A DNA stretch of 64,000 nt from an uncultured Bacteroides sp. (GCA_964371975.1 CAYJPD010000001.1:6685-70684); one strand, 5' to 3'. Shown: positions 29,052 to 40,645, numbered from the stretch's first letter. Translations and numbers: made by a program. The notes: generated by a model from the letters alone, not told the origin.

Positions 29052-30416
29052 ATGAACAAACAAAAAAAAACTAAATGGCTTTATATTTTGCTTTGGGAAT
29101 TTATTTCTCTTATTGTTTTAACGGCATTATATTCCATCATGTGGTTTTTTTTCTATAACGATAACATAACTAACCCTTTTTACAGACGTGGGGATTATTT
29201 AATAATTGCGGTTTATGCTTTTTTACTTTTTATTTTTACCACATTTTTACAAGGTTATAAAATTGGTGTTTTGCGCGTAATTGACCTTATTTATTCACAT
29301 AGTGTAGCTATAGGTTTAGTAAATATTTTCTCATATGCGCAAATTGCTTTATTAAGCTTTGAATTAATTAACCCTATAAATCTATTGTTTTTGAGTATTG
29401 TTCAGCTATTCACCATTACTTTTTTCATTTATTTTGGCAACAAAGTTTTTTTCATAATATATCCACCTAAAAAAATTGTAGTGTTCACTTTGAAAAATGC
29501 AACTAATGATGTCATTGCTAAAATGGCATTGCACCATAAAAAATATGCAATGGTAAAGCACATTGTTATAGATAGCACACAGGCAGTAACAAAACTTAAT
29601 TTGCCTGAATTATTTGCGGATTACGATGCTGTAGCCTTGGCTCAAGGCAATTCTGAGTTAACAGATATTATGCTCAGCGCGTGCTACGAGAATGAAAAGG
29701 ATTTGTATTTTTACCCACGACCAAAAAACATTATGGTTAATGCCGCAGAATATAAAAACATGATGGATTCACCTATGTTGCTTTGTAAAAATTCTGGTGT
29801 TAACGGAAGTATTCTTTTGATAAAGCGAATAGTAGATATTATTGTATCGATTATTTTATTAATACTTACATCTCCTTTATTTCTAATTTCTGCAATTTTA
29901 ATAAAAGCACAAGACAACGGAAGTGTAATTTTCAAACAAGAGCGTTTGACTAAAAACGCAAAGAGATTTTATTTGTACAAATTTAGAAGTATGATAATGG
30001 AAGCAGAAGCGGACGGAATTGCAAGGCTCTCAAACAAGAAAGATGCTAGAATTACACCAATAGGTAAGTTTCTACGTAGAACAAGATTTGATGAACTACC
30101 GCAGCTAATTAATGTTTTAAAAGGCGATATTACTTTGGTGGGGCCTCGCCCAGAGCGTCCCGAGATAGCAGATCAATATGAAAAAACTTTCCCACAATTT
30201 CGTTATCGTTTAAGAGTTAAGGCCGGCTTAACAGGTTATTCCCAAGTAAATGGTAAGTATAACACTACTCCCAACGATAAGTTATTGATGGACTTGTATT
30301 ATATTGAGAACATTTCATTAATGATGGACTTTAAAATTTTGCTTATGACCGCAAAAGTTCTAATTCTACCTGATAGCACACAAGGTGTTGATAATGTTAC
30401 GGCAATAGACGAATAA
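29052..30416 (+). CDS. Priming polyprenyl glycosylphosphotransferase (sugar transferase)
   Basis: [37 protein letters not shown]. Confidence 0.94.
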   Translation: MNKQKKTKWLYILLWEFISLIVLTALYSIMWFFFYNDNITNPFYRRGDYLIIAVYAFLLFIFTTFLQGYKIGVLRVIDLIYSHSVAIGLVNIFSYAQIALLSFELINPINLLFLSIVQLFTITFFIYFGNKVFFIIYPPKKIVVFTLKNATNDVIAKMALHHKKYAMVKHIVIDSTQAVTKLNLPELFADYDAVALAQGNSELTDIMLSACYENEKDLYFYPRPKNIMVNAAEYKNMMDSPMLLCKNSGVNGSILLIKRIVDIIVSIILLILTSPLFLISAILIKAQDNGSVIFKQERLTKNAKRFYLYKFRSMIMEAEADGIARLSNKKDARITPIGKFLRRTRFDELPQLINVLKGDITLVGPRPERPEIADQYEKTFPQFRYRLRVKAGLTGYSQVNGKYNTTPNDKLLMDLYYIENISLMMDFKILLMTAKVLILPDSTQGVDNVTAIDE

Positions 30417-30444
30417 ACTGTTTTGATATTTGTTGGAGAACTTA

Positions 30445-31527
30445 ATGGAAATTTTATTATTGGGTACCATATTAATATTGATTCCACTATTAATAGGCAC
30501 TTTTTTTTTAAATCGCAAGGAATACATGCCAACTACTTTCAATACTAAAACAAGCAATCACTTACCCTCAAAAACAAAACGCAGTGAGCAGGGTTTATTT
30601 GTAGCATGGACTATGGGAATAATTAGCATAATTTCATTATTTCAATTATTTGCAGTACCTACTATTTTAACAACTCGCAATTTCACACCAGTTTTTTACG
30701 TTTGGGTGTTTGTGATTATTGGTCTATGTATTGTATCTTGCATCTATAATCGCGCACTCTTTTATAATATAGTAAAAGAGTTTTTTTTCAGTTTTAATCG
30801 TATTCCGTTTATTTCAATTTTAGCTATTATTCTTATAATATATCAAGTTTATTATGTAACTGTGCATACGCATACAGATGCCGACGATGCTTACTATATT
30901 TCTTTGGCACTTGAAACATTATCTACAGGCAAGATGAATTTATTTAATCCATACAACGGTTTTGAAGCTATATCATTGAATGCAAGGTATGCACTGTCTT
31001 CCTATAATCATTTTGTAGCAGCAATTTCAAAATTTGTTAGCATACATCCAACAATAATTTTTCATACGGTTATTCCATTTGTATTTACAATACTTGCTTA
31101 TGTAGTATATGCCCTTATCGCCAATAAGCTTTTTGATTGCGATAAAGTAAAAACCGGCTACTTTTTGTTTTTTTTATCAATATTAAATATATTTGGCGGA
31201 CATTCAGTTTACACTTCTTCTTCATTTTTACTACTACGAATATGGCAAGGTAAAGCTGTTTTAGTGTCTATTATTATCCCATTATTACTTTATCATCTAT
31301 TAAATGTTATTAAGAATACTGCTTCAACCTTAGATTGGTTAAGACTATTTATAATCAACTTTGCCGCATGTGCTGTTTCATCAATGGGTGTATACTTAAC
31401 ATTAATTTTATTATGGAGCTATGCCATAATCTTTTTCATTTTGCGAAAAAACTTAAAAACAATAGCACTTACAGCTATTTGCACTTCAACAAATTTTTTA
31501 ATTTTCGGCATTTATATTATTCTTTAG
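30445..31527 (+). CDS. Polytopic membrane protein (DUF6077-like, possible GT-C)
   Basis: DADDAYY and RIWQGKA motifs; many TMs. Confidence 0.65.
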   Translation: MEILLLGTILILIPLLIGTFFLNRKEYMPTTFNTKTSNHLPSKTKRSEQGLFVAWTMGIISIISLFQLFAVPTILTTRNFTPVFYVWVFVIIGLCIVSCIYNRALFYNIVKEFFFSFNRIPFISILAIILIIYQVYYVTVHTHTDADDAYYISLALETLSTGKMNLFNPYNGFEAISLNARYALSSYNHFVAAISKFVSIHPTIIFHTVIPFVFTILAYVVYALIANKLFDCDKVKTGYFLFFLSILNIFGGHSVYTSSSFLLLRIWQGKAVLVSIIIPLLLYHLLNVIKNTASTLDWLRLFIINFAACAVSSMGVYLTLILLWSYAIIFFILRKNLKTIALTAICTSTNFLIFGIYIIL

Positions 31528-31533
31528 TTTTGG

Positions 31534-32361
31534 GTGATTATCATGATGACTATGCAAGATAGTATTGATTATTTAATAAAATTATATCACAATTATGTTG
31601 GAAGCGGTCATGTTGTCATTTTATTTTTTGTATCGCTTATATTTATTTTTTTATATAAAGACACTTTTTTAAAAAACAGTTTTTTATACACAGCAACTTT
31701 TATTATTATAATGTTTATTGTTAACCCTATAATTTTCAATATTGTTCAAATATTTTTAGGAAAAACAGCATATTGGAGAACTTACTGGTTGCTATTTGAT
31801 GTTTTTATTATTTCGATTGTCGCTACCGTAATCATTACGAATATACCAAAAAGAACAAAAAAGATTATTGCTTCATTTGCGTTGTGCATGGTCTTTATTC
31901 TATCAGGAACTTTAATTTTACAACAATCCCCCTCAATGTATAGCTCATCTGAGAATTTGTTTAAAATATCTAACGAAACAATAGCCGTTGCAGATACAAT
32001 TTTAGAACTTGCTATAACACGGGATGAGCATGTTTTGGTTGACCCTGATACAGCAATTGAAATAAGGCAATATACATCTGATATAACACTGGTATATGGA
32101 CGAGAATTTTTAACCAACGGTAATGTTCGAAACACACCTTATGAAAATCATAATGAAAATGCAACAATATTATATAATATGCTATATACAACGCAAGCTC
32201 CATTAGATGAGGACTTATTAGGTGATGCAGCAAAAGCTGTATCTTGTAAATACATAGTGGTACCGCTTTCAAGTGGAACATTAATTAACAGTTTAAATAG
32301 TATGAACGTTATTGATTTAGTTGCTTTAACAACTTTAAGCGCAATATATGAAGTTATGTAA
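31534..32361 (+). CDS. Hypothetical membrane protein
   Basis: N-terminal TMs, YWRTYWL, EIRQY..YGR; follows the DUF6077-like gene. Confidence 0.7.
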   Translation: MIIMMTMQDSIDYLIKLYHNYVGSGHVVILFFVSLIFIFLYKDTFLKNSFLYTATFIIIMFIVNPIIFNIVQIFLGKTAYWRTYWLLFDVFIISIVATVIITNIPKRTKKIIASFALCMVFILSGTLILQQSPSMYSSSENLFKISNETIAVADTILELAITRDEHVLVDPDTAIEIRQYTSDITLVYGREFLTNGNVRNTPYENHNENATILYNMLYTTQAPLDEDLLGDAAKAVSCKYIVVPLSSGTLINSLNSMNVIDLVALTTLSAIYEVM

Positions 32362-32489
32362 ATATTACCTCTCCCCTATGATTTTGAATAAGCACAAATA
32401 TCTACATCAAAATTGTAAAAACAATAACATATGTTTTTTACAATCCTAATTACACAAAGCTTCTTGCAAAATGTAAAATCTCAACTATT

Positions 32490-32548
32490 AATAATAGCAA
32501 GCCTACAAAACACGCAAATAAAGCGTATTTTGTAGGCTTGCTATTATT
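32490..32548. terminator. Bidirectional terminator between convergent genes
   Basis: 21-bp perfect arms AATAATAGCAAGCCTACAAAA / TTTTGTAGGCTTGCTATTATT. Confidence 0.88.
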
Positions 32549-32563
32549 TTTTAATCTATAGTG

Positions 32564-33901
32564 CTATCGCTTAAATATAGCAAAAAATCTTCTTAACGGC
32601 CATGTAGCTTTCCAAAAAAATGAATTCACTACTTCATTATGAGCCTTCTCCAAAACTTTATGCTTATCTTCCAAAATTATTATATTCTTTTCAAGTTCTT
32701 CTTGCTTTTTATGTGTACCAATTGAGTTGTTATGTAACTTTATGGTAATTTCTTGCAAATTTAAAAACTCAATTTTATAAATTATAATAACAACTTTAAA
32801 CTTTTTAACATTCAACTCTTCAAGCTTAAAAACAAAAATAGGATCAATATGTTCGAAAACTACCCAATCATCAACTATACTCGTTTCATTCGTCGGTAAC
32901 AACTTCACTTGAAACTCATCTACCTTTGCTGAGATTATTTTGATTTTCGATGCTATATTTTCAATAGGGTCAAACCTAAAATTCAAAACATCTTCATTTG
33001 CAGGTAAATTGAATATAACTTTGTACTCGCCTTTAGCAATTTCTACATTCCTTGCAGTAATTTTGTTTAATTCACTATATCCTTCACCCAAATCGTAGAA
33101 CAAATTGCTCTCATGCGGCTGTAATAACTCAGGGTTATCGCAATGTTTTAACACATTAAATTTTTGCTTTAACATAGATGCATTAAATGTAGCATTTTTA
33201 GTAATTTCATTTCCAAGCACATATTGCAAAAAATTATTTTCCATTTCATCAAATATTTTTTGCTCGCAACTATCTATATCAATAATATTAAAAATATCTG
33301 TTTTCGGCAAGTTATGAATTTCTAAAAAATTATTAATTGATCTATAAATCGTGTACTTAATTGGTACGTCAAAATCAAAACACCATTCATAGTCAATCAA
33401 AAGAGTTTTGCCATCTTCATTGATAATAATGTTATCCGGGTTAATATCAAGGTTGCAAAACTCATAAGATTCTAAAGACCTTTGAAACTTAAAATCCCCA
33501 AAGACAGTCTTGAATTTTTCACTTGGCACAAACTCTTTTTTTGCAGCTGCATTATTAATTAAATTATAATATTTAATCAATTGTTCATTTATCAAATCAG
33601 CTTTATTAGCAATAATGTTATCAAACATTATCTCATCTAATGTTTTTCCACTAATAAAATCAAATTCTATCTCATTAATATCTGCATCAAAACGGCATGG
33701 TACCGGTATAATATCAGATTCTTTATAAAGCTCTAAGAGCTTGTTGTAGTTCGAATATATGCTTTTAACATGTGGTATTGCTTGTTCGCACAGTGCTGAT
33801 TTCACAAATGTTTTTTTGTTATTTTCTATAATATATTTTGTGCATATTTTAAATTTTGGTAATCTTGTATTTGCGTATTTCGCATATAGTACTTTTTTCA
33901 T
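32564..33901 (-). CDS. Kinase-like/coiled-coil glycan biosynthesis protein
   Basis: NLDINPDNII..LIDYEW phosphotransferase-like motif, RFDP, coiled coil, C-terminal SFFWKATWPLR. Confidence 0.6.
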   Translation of the reverse strand: MKKVLYAKYANTRLPKFKICTKYIIENNKKTFVKSALCEQAIPHVKSIYSNYNKLLELYKESDIIPVPCRFDADINEIEFDFISGKTLDEIMFDNIIANKADLINEQLIKYYNLINNAAAKKEFVPSEKFKTVFGDFKFQRSLESYEFCNLDINPDNIIINEDGKTLLIDYEWCFDFDVPIKYTIYRSINNFLEIHNLPKTDIFNIIDIDSCEQKIFDEMENNFLQYVLGNEITKNATFNASMLKQKFNVLKHCDNPELLQPHESNLFYDLGEGYSELNKITARNVEIAKGEYKVIFNLPANEDVLNFRFDPIENIASKIKIISAKVDEFQVKLLPTNETSIVDDWVVFEHIDPIFVFKLEELNVKKFKVVIIIYKIEFLNLQEITIKLHNNSIGTHKKQEELEKNIIILEDKHKVLEKAHNEVVNSFFWKATWPLRRFFAIFKR

Positions 33902-33936
33902 TTTTACACCTTTAATTAAAATTTATAACTTATCAA

Positions 33937-34860
33937 TTAATTTGATACAACAGTTAAAAACGAGTTCGAAAAATACGGAAACATTCCGTCTTTAATAATC
34001 TCATCAAACGCTTTTGCTTCATTAAATAAAGATAATCTTAAATTATCGAAATTTCTGTTGTTATTGGATAGCTCACCGACTTTAGGCAAAAATTCATCAC
34101 TGTAAATTGACATTGGCATTTTATAATCCGGGTAGGGATAATAGAATTTATAATCAGAAAACCCCACACTTTCAAACAATTTTTCGAGTTCGTTTTTCGA
34201 AAAAGTTTGCGCTCCGGTGCTCCTGTTGTCGTAGCCTTCAATACCTGTAAAATAATGCCCTGAGTGATCTTCTTTACACCCTGCCCAATATTTCAACCCA
34301 AACTTATTTTCAATAGCTATAACTAATTTTCCGTTTGGGGACAATTTTTTCTTAGCCATCTTCAACATTTCAAAAAAAGGCGTATCAGAATTATTTATAT
34401 AAGCTTTGGAATATTCTAAAACGCCAATTAAAGTAACATAATCAAATGTATCATCTAATGTTTGATAAATATCCTGAAAATTACCGACTTTCAAAATAAT
34501 ATTATCTCGTTGTTTGTTTCTGTGTGCATTTATTAAATTTCTGCGTAAAGATAGCTCAACACAAGTAACTTCTTTTGCAAGGTCTGCTAACGCACCAGTA
34601 ACAGCGCCACATCCCGAACCAATTTCCAGTACTCTTTCATTTTTATTTATAGGCAACCAGCTAAGTATATTAGACCTTATTTCAGACAAATGGTATAAAA
34701 CAGCCCAATCGTTTTCACTCAAAATCAAACTATTATATTCTGATTCATCATGATTTTTTACTATCTCAAGAATTTTATCTTCAACATCACCATCAGAGTA
34801 ATAATCCTTACCTGAATATAAACTTAAATCTAATGTAACTTTTCCTACTTTTTCTATCAT
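33937..34860 (-). CDS. Class I SAM methyltransferase, glycan-associated
   Basis: YSDGDVE, VLEIGSGCGAVT, IGVLEY, ENKFGLKYWAGCKEDH, YPYPDYK. Confidence 0.88.
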   Translation of the reverse strand: MIEKVGKVTLDLSLYSGKDYYSDGDVEDKILEIVKNHDESEYNSLILSENDWAVLYHLSEIRSNILSWLPINKNERVLEIGSGCGAVTGALADLAKEVTCVELSLRRNLINAHRNKQRDNIILKVGNFQDIYQTLDDTFDYVTLIGVLEYSKAYINNSDTPFFEMLKMAKKKLSPNGKLVIAIENKFGLKYWAGCKEDHSGHYFTGIEGYDNRSTGAQTFSKNELEKLFESVGFSDYKFYYPYPDYKMPMSIYSDEFLPKVGELSNNNRNFDNLRLSLFNEAKAFDEIIKDGMFPYFSNSFLTVVSN

Positions 34861-35176
34861 TCTCTTCTCCCTTTTAGCTCAATTATAAAAACGCATCATT
34901 ATTTTTTTCATTCTGTTTTTTCAATTCTTTAAATACAATTAGCATTCACAAAAACACCATAAAATCATTTGCCTTTTTTTTGGGATATGCAAGTAAGTGA
35001 ACAGATTGCTTAAAGCCATAGATACATGTAAAACAAAATGTTTTTCATACCATTAATAATAGATTATACAATTAGATATAATTATAGCATATTGAGTTGC
35101 TATGTCAAGCTTGACATTTCTGTAAAACCGTTTAAAACAATTATAGTTTGAAGTCTTCTGTGTCAATATTCTGCGG

Positions 35177-35216
35177 TTTGTACATATTGACAAATATGTA
35201 CAAAAAATGGTAAAAT
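35177..35216 (+). promoter_or_regulatory. SigmaA promoter overlapped by a 28-bp palindrome
   Basis: TTTGTACATATT-GACA-AATATGTACAAA spanning TTGACA-N18-TAAAAT. Confidence 0.65.
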
Positions 35217-35253
35217 AATTAGTACTGACTATTCAACATATAAGGAGCACCTG

Positions 35254-37254
35254 ATGACATTCGACATTTGTTTTGTAACCTATAACTCCTCTAAATGGCT
35301 TGATAATTGTATTAAATCTTTTTGCAATATTAATTATGACACCAAAAATATTTCATTATATTTTACAGATAATGCCTCAACAGATGAAACAATACAAATT
35401 TTAGAGCGGTTAAAGCAAAAACACGAAAGTTTGTTTAATAGTTTTAATATAATCAAGTCCGGTGAAAATTTAGGTTTCGGTTGCGGCAGTAATATGTCAG
35501 CTAACGCCGGAAATAGCGATATTGTATTTTTTTGCAATGTTGATACTGAAATAGATGAAAACGCCTTTATTGAATTAGAAAAAGCAATTGTCGATAATCC
35601 TGATTTTGACGCTTTTGAGATGAGGCAATTTCCATACGAGCACCCAAAAATTTACAACCCTATTACGCTTGAGGTTGATTATGCCAGTGGCGCATGCTTA
35701 TTATTGAAGCGAGAGTTGTTTGTTAAAACCGGTGGTTTTGACAAGCGAATTTTTATGTATGCCGAAGATGTTGATTTGTGCTATAGAATACGTTTATTAG
35801 GTAGCAAAATCAAATATGTTCCTACAGCAATTTTAAACCATTACGCTTATGCAAGTGCAGGGGAAGAAAAGCCGATGCAAGCTGCCGGTAGCATTATTGG
35901 CAATTTCATCTTAAGAGCTAAATATCTTCCCAAAGCAGAATTCAAACAATGGTATACGATAAAAAACCATGCGTTAAATCATTTCAAAGGCAATAAAGAA
36001 GTTGAAAAAATATTTAACGAAAAATTTCCTGATGCTAAAAAGCATTTAAGAGAATTCAGAAGCTTTTACAATAAATATTCAAAAAATTCAAATGAAGAAT
36101 TTTATGTTAATGGTTTTGATTATTGCTTTGCAAGAGCAGGTTCTTTTTATGAAAATTCTAAATTACAAAGCGACTACAATCCTTTAATCTCTATTATTGT
36201 TCGCACATTTAAGCGCCCTGAAATATTGGAGATATGCTTAAATTCATTATTAAATCAAACTTACAAAAATTTTGAAGTAGTTGTTTGTGAAGATGGAGAA
36301 AACCCATGCTCAAAATATGTTATAGATGCTTTTGCAGATAAGCTAAATATTGTTTATTTTGCTATGAACGAAAGTGCGGGAAGATGTTTAACAGCAAATA
36401 AAGGCATCGAAATTGCAAAAGGCGAATATATAAATTTACTTGATGACGATGACTTCTTTTACCCCGATCACCTTGAAGTTGTTGTAAGCAATATCCAAAA
36501 AAACAAAAATTGCAAAATGTTTGTTACCGGTTCTGTAGCAATTGAACTTGATAGCCACGTTGGGCGCTCTATTTGTTTTAGCCAAATTAACCCAAGAAAT
36601 GTAATGCCGCAAAAAATTGATTTATTGAGTATGGTTGCAGATAACCGCATGCCCATTCAAGCGGTAACATTTCATAAAAGCTTAGCGAAAGACTATGGTG
36701 TTTTTGATAATACCTTTATTGACGGCTATGAGGATTGGGAACTTTGGACAAGGTATATTGCACAAACAAAATGCACTATAATTGAAAAAGCAACGTCGCT
36801 ATACTGTGTTCCTGCAGACGAAAAAATCAGAAGCAATAGGGCTATTTCTCTACAAAAAAACTTGCCTCTAATCAGAGAAAAGTTTAAATATTATAATATT
36901 ACTATAAATGCTACAGAAATCTTTGATGAATTATACGGTGAAGAGCCAACAAAACAAAGGGTTGAAAATTTGAACACATGGCTTGAATTGAACGATATTT
37001 ATGAAGAAATTTTGCACTCAAATACATGGAAGTTATTACAACCGCTAAGATTGTTTTTTTCATTTGGATATAAATTTGCGAATTGCGCATCAGAAAATTT
37101 GCGTAATTTAAATGATTCAATATTTGGTCCTTTAAAGTTTTCTAAGGATGTAAAGCCAACTCCATCACAGCTAAACAATTTTATTACTTTAACTCAAAAA
37201 TCTTTTTTTTGGAAAACCCTTACGGGATTATTCAAAAAAACAACTATGAAATAG
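35254..37254 (+). CDS. Dual-domain GT2 glycosyltransferase (rhamnosyltransferase-like + GT2)
   Basis: VTYNS, DNASTD, NLGFG, FMYAEDVD; second domain ISIIVRT, EDG, LLDDDD, EDWELW. Confidence 0.9.
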   Translation: MTFDICFVTYNSSKWLDNCIKSFCNINYDTKNISLYFTDNASTDETIQILERLKQKHESLFNSFNIIKSGENLGFGCGSNMSANAGNSDIVFFCNVDTEIDENAFIELEKAIVDNPDFDAFEMRQFPYEHPKIYNPITLEVDYASGACLLLKRELFVKTGGFDKRIFMYAEDVDLCYRIRLLGSKIKYVPTAILNHYAYASAGEEKPMQAAGSIIGNFILRAKYLPKAEFKQWYTIKNHALNHFKGNKEVEKIFNEKFPDAKKHLREFRSFYNKYSKNSNEEFYVNGFDYCFARAGSFYENSKLQSDYNPLISIIVRTFKRPEILEICLNSLLNQTYKNFEVVVCEDGENPCSKYVIDAFADKLNIVYFAMNESAGRCLTANKGIEIAKGEYINLLDDDDFFYPDHLEVVVSNIQKNKNCKMFVTGSVAIELDSHVGRSICFSQINPRNVMPQKIDLLSMVADNRMPIQAVTFHKSLAKDYGVFDNTFIDGYEDWELWTRYIAQTKCTIIEKATSLYCVPADEKIRSNRAISLQKNLPLIREKFKYYNITINATEIFDELYGEEPTKQRVENLNTWLELNDIYEEILHSNTWKLLQPLRLFFSFGYKFANCASENLRNLNDSIFGPLKFSKDVKPTPSQLNNFITLTQKSFFWKTLTGLFKKTTMK

Positions 37255-37546
37255 ATTTTCAATAAACAGCTGTAACTCTTGTTTATTATAGCTGTATTGA
37301 CATGGCACCTTTTAGTCTTGAAGCTATTCAATAAATACTATGTAATTAATTTTTTTAATGTACTATCACAATAACTATTACAAAACATAAAACAATACAG
37401 CTTTCTTATAATTTTTGTTTTATGTTATCTAACTTTTCTTTCCACCAATGCTGATGAAGTGCTTTAGTAAGACCATTATTACTATTTCTTATTATTACAG
37501 TATTGCAGTAATAAGTTTGGCTAAATAAATTTCAGAGGATAACTAC

Positions 37547-38968
37547 ATGAAACAGACTATTAAAAATTACACCATGCCAATATTGGCAGTTATTCTATTT
37601 TCCATTTTCCCTGCTTTATTTTTATATTTAAACAATTCAAGCGAAGCGAATTTTATTGAAATTGTTGCACCCACGGTTTTTTCAGCTGTTTTTGGTATTA
37701 TTGTTTTTTTAGCAACTTTTTTTGTTATTAGGACACCAAAAAAATCTGCAGTCATTGCAGTTATTCTTATGGCCATAGCTTTGAATTTCGCCTTTTTTGA
37801 AGCTGGACTTATGCTAATATATAACAGACTTTATTATTGGCATACCTTACCTATAATATTATTTATTATAGCTCATATCGTTTATTTGATTTGGAGATAT
37901 GTCCCAGAGGATATAGCTGATATTGTAGTTATAGTTTTGACAATGGTTGTTGCCGGACTAATTATCTTTAATATTATTTCAGCTACTCCTGATATTATAC
38001 AAAAATTCCAAATTGAGGCAGAGAAAAACAATGAAAATAACGCTGACGCAACTGTAAATATTACCACAGACAGTAGCTTGCCAAATATTTATGTGCTTGT
38101 TTGGGATGAAATGGCAAGCTTTAATCAAATGGAACAACATTACAAATATGACAATGTAGCTTTAAAAGAATTTTTCGAAGAAAACAACTTTACAAATTCA
38201 TACAATAGCTACAATGAAGCACCTTCTACATCAACTGTAATGACTAATTTTATCAATTTGGACTATATCGTTTCACATCGTGATTCCGAAATAGATAAAA
38301 AATTGATAAGGCATACAGAAAGTGCCCTTTTTGACTTAGTTGCTTCATATGGTTATGATATCAAAATAGTTGACGAATATAATTTTTTTGGACGTGAAAC
38401 AGTTTTAGAAAATACAAAGTCAGAAGCAGCAACAATGTCAGGAGAGAATCTTACAGATTTGTTCAACAAAAATCTTTTGATTTATCCTTTTTTAACTCCT
38501 AACTTTTCTGATGAAATGGAGCAGCGATTAAAGGCAATTGATTATGTAAGCGATCCACAAAATATTGCCATAACATCTACTTTTACTTTAGCACACATAA
38601 TATTTCCGCATGAACCTTTTTTGGTGAATGAAAACGGTGACCGAATATCAGTAGATGATTATCATAACTGGGAAAATGATGAAATCTATTTGGGACAGTA
38701 TATATATGCAACAAAATTAATGACAAAACAATTAGAAAATTTGATAAAACTTGATCCCACTGCTCTAATACTTGTTATGTCAGATCATGGTGCAAGAAGT
38801 TTGACGACAGATCGGGATCTTAAATGTAATATCTTAAATGCGTTTTACTATAATGGAAAAGATTTATCTGCATATGAAGATAAGTCTTCCGTAAATACAA
38901 TAAGATTATTATTAAATGAGGTTTTAGGAACAGATATGGAAGAATTAGAGGAACCATATTATGGATAA
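37547..38968 (+). CDS. Membrane-anchored sulfatase/LTA-synthase-like protein
   Basis: 5 N-terminal TMs, PNIYVLVWD, PHEPF, MSDHG. Confidence 0.78.
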   Translation: MKQTIKNYTMPILAVILFSIFPALFLYLNNSSEANFIEIVAPTVFSAVFGIIVFLATFFVIRTPKKSAVIAVILMAIALNFAFFEAGLMLIYNRLYYWHTLPIILFIIAHIVYLIWRYVPEDIADIVVIVLTMVVAGLIIFNIISATPDIIQKFQIEAEKNNENNADATVNITTDSSLPNIYVLVWDEMASFNQMEQHYKYDNVALKEFFEENNFTNSYNSYNEAPSTSTVMTNFINLDYIVSHRDSEIDKKLIRHTESALFDLVASYGYDIKIVDEYNFFGRETVLENTKSEAATMSGENLTDLFNKNLLIYPFLTPNFSDEMEQRLKAIDYVSDPQNIAITSTFTLAHIIFPHEPFLVNENGDRISVDDYHNWENDEIYLGQYIYATKLMTKQLENLIKLDPTALILVMSDHGARSLTTDRDLKCNILNAFYYNGKDLSAYEDKSSVNTIRLLLNEVLGTDMEELEEPYYG

Positions 38969-39881
38969 AAAGTTGAGTATATATTTAGTTTGTGTTATGC
39001 TTTTTGTGGTTTATATAATAAGTGTAAATGTTTTAATTGAGGCTCACACAACAGAAATACATTTCCAAAAAGATAATTTAGAAAATTACACATCAACTAC
39101 TGATGTATATTATTCAATAGGTTCCTTAGATATAATACAATTTAATGGGCAAAGTTATTTTGATGGTTGGGCATTTGCATCAAATAGTCATCCTAACGAT
39201 GATAGAAACATGAAACTGATTTTAAGTTCAAATGAGCATACATATTCCTTGCAAATTGATGATATGTATGCAAGGCAAGATGTTGTCAATGAGTATAAAA
39301 ATGAATATTTTCATACTTCTGATGTGGGGTTTCGAGCAATATTCTACACTTTTTTTATACCAGATGGAATATATGACTTGTATATGTATGTTTGGGAGAA
39401 TGAAACAAATTATGGAATTGTCAAAACAAAACAACAATTTGAAAAAAAAGGTAAAGACTTTTTTGAAATTGACGCAACAGAAAATACACCAATCACTCTC
39501 ACTGAACTACCTCCGTCTGATGGAGTAACCGAACTTTTTAGTATAGACAGCATTCTTAAAAACGAAAACACTTATAACTTCTACGGTTGGATTGCTAATG
39601 ATAATCTTGACAGTTCAGAGCAAAAAATTACTCTTGTCGCTGAGAGTGGTGATGGTGAGATAACACAATTTGAATTAAATCAAATGGAAAGAACCGACGT
39701 TGCCGAATTTTTTAACACTGACAAATATTTGCATAGCGGTTATTCGGCGACCATTTCTACCGAATACTTTTTGGACGATGAGTACACTCTCACATTTTAT
39801 GTTGAAAACGGAGGCACAATAAAAAGGTCTCCTTCTATATACTTCAATAGCCAAAACACAACTTACGAAATAATCAATTAA
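38961..39881 (+). CDS. Hypothetical exported protein with two similar domains
   Basis: N-terminal TM; repeated GW..RxDV..GF/Y pattern. Confidence 0.7.
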   Translation: MDKKLSIYLVCVMLFVVYIISVNVLIEAHTTEIHFQKDNLENYTSTTDVYYSIGSLDIIQFNGQSYFDGWAFASNSHPNDDRNMKLILSSNEHTYSLQIDDMYARQDVVNEYKNEYFHTSDVGFRAIFYTFFIPDGIYDLYMYVWENETNYGIVKTKQQFEKKGKDFFEIDATENTPITLTELPPSDGVTELFSIDSILKNENTYNFYGWIANDNLDSSEQKITLVAESGDGEITQFELNQMERTDVAEFFNTDKYLHSGYSATISTEYFLDDEYTLTFYVENGGTIKRSPSIYFNSQNTTYEIIN

Positions 39882-39893
39882 AAGGAGAAGCCC

Positions 39894-40151
39894 ATGAAAC
39901 ATTTAAAAACCATATCAATAGCATTACTAATCACTCTTTTATTTTCTACAACTGCCTCTGCCTACATAGACCCGTCTGTTATGACATATGCAATTCAAGC
40001 TGTAGCCGGTGTTGCAATAGCTTTAGGCGCAGGGTTTGCACTTTATTTTCACAGGATAAAGAAAAAGGTTAATAAAACTCTTAACATAGATGAAAACGCA
40101 AAAAAAGAGGTAGAAGACGAAATAGTTATTTATGATGAAAAAGAAGACTAA
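39894..40151 (+). CDS. Small secreted/membrane peptide (AYIDP family)
   Basis: RBS AAGGAG, signal peptide ending ASA-YIDPS, one TM, charged tail. Confidence 0.8.
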   Translation: MKHLKTISIALLITLLFSTTASAYIDPSVMTYAIQAVAGVAIALGAGFALYFHRIKKKVNKTLNIDENAKKEVEDEIVIYDEKED

Positions 40152-40644
40152 ACTTAATTTTACAATTTTATTCATGATAATATTAGTGATATTAAATGTT
40201 TTTGTTTTTAATATCACTTTTGTTTTAGGCGATAGTATGGAGCCTACATTTCATAGCGGAGATATACTTTTTACAAGTAAAATCTACTCTGAAATTAACA
40301 AAAATGATATAATTATAACATCTCATAACAACGCACTAAACGCACCATTAATTAAGCGTGTTATAGGCACTCAAGGTAATAAAATCACCATTGAGGATAA
40401 TCGGGTTTATGTTGATGACAAAGAACTTATTTACTACTCAGAATTTCAAAGTGAAGAATCACTCTCTATAATTGTTCCTGCTGAAAGCTATTTTATTTTA
40501 GGCGATAATTATCGTTATTCAAAAGATAGTCGTAATATAGGCACCATCGAAACAGATGATGTCAATGGCAAAATTATGTTCAAAATATTTTCACCTAAAA
40601 AATTTTGGGATGCATTTACAATCTATTTTTTTAAAGGAGTTTAA
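40132..40644 (+). CDS. lepB: Signal peptidase I
   Basis: GDSMEPT, LIKRVIG, LGDN..SKDSR. Confidence 0.9.
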   Translation: MMKKKTKLNFTILFMIILVILNVFVFNITFVLGDSMEPTFHSGDILFTSKIYSEINKNDIIITSHNNALNAPLIKRVIGTQGNKITIEDNRVYVDDKELIYYSEFQSEESLSIIVPAESYFILGDNYRYSKDSRNIGTIETDDVNGKIMFKIFSPKKFWDAFTIYFFKGV

Positions 40645-40645
40645 C

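Noticed and set aside
37260..37540. Possible gene remnant between the GT2 and sulfatase-like genes
   Set aside because: No interpretable homology by eye.
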